IMG/VR virus record: IMGVR_UViG_3300024518_003743
Span: 1-62,867 of that record
DNA: 62,867 nt
Reading direction: 5' to 3' (one strand)
Origin: a virus
Lineage: Duplodnaviria > Caudoviricetes
The notes below the pieces were generated by a model, which was not told where the DNA came from, made no database searches, and saw only the letters and a program-made list of their open reading frames with translations. Both the position numbers and the translations under genes were made by a program. Below are positions 62,759 to 62,867 of the stretch, in pieces (positions within the stretch are counted from its first letter, which is position 1; each line of letters starts with the position of its first letter).

Positions 62759-62867
62759 ATGTTAAATGTAGTATCATCAACAAGAGCAGGAGATAATAAG
62801 ACCCGAGACGAAGGCATATTCCAGCGATACAAATCAAATCAGGCAGATTTTGAAGCCTGTGGTATAC
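62759..62867 (+). CDS. partial ORF running off the window end
   Basis: ATG at 62759, no stop before the end. Confidence 0.45.
   Translation, partial: MLNVVSSTRAGDNKTRDEGIFQRYKSNQADFEACGI

Noticed and set aside
1-62867. Stop-codon reassignment
   Set aside because: Long genes are intact in the standard code, TAG and TGA end real genes such as the capsid, and there is no suppressor tRNA.

Overview
This window is a large part, possibly all, of a lytic podovirus-type tailed phage genome. Recurrent TAnnTTTG promoters, a BT4734-type primase-like gene and SprB repeats point to a Bacteroidota host. Layout: a + strand replication/recombination block (1-14.2 kb: RNase H, HNH nucleases, PD-(D/E)XK nuclease, SMC-like ATPase, SNF2 helicase, beta clamp, primase-like protein, RuvC-like resolvase, SSB); a - strand virion and lysis block (14.2-51 kb: TerL, portal, scaffold, SU10/DUF5309-like major capsid, crAss-like ring and muzzle proteins, three ejection proteins, collagen-, Cys-rich and SprB-repeat proteins, holin, endolysin, spanin); accessory genes; a non-coding RNA island at 55.0-55.9 kb; and a probable genome-end/early region at 59.7-62.9 kb. 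No DNA or RNA polymerase is recognisable. The strongest signals lie outside the ORF track. (1) A 16-aa leader peptide with Gln-Gln-Pro-Gln-Pro codons and a full attenuator sits directly upstream of tRNA-Pro and tRNA-Gln, suggesting tRNA genes switched on by shortage of the same tRNAs. (2) A circularly permuted, two-piece tmRNA with tag (A)GKVIPLFSPQLRAVA follows them. (3) Three more promoter-sRNA-terminator units flank these. (4) A ~500-nt multi-domain structured RNA with a boxA-like motif and a 3' T-loop opens the early region. (5) A candidate -1 frameshift at an A9 run lies in the giant ejection gene. (6) A bistable leader can hide the start codon of a winged-helix gene. All calls come from reading motifs and base pairing by eye; no database search or folding program was run.
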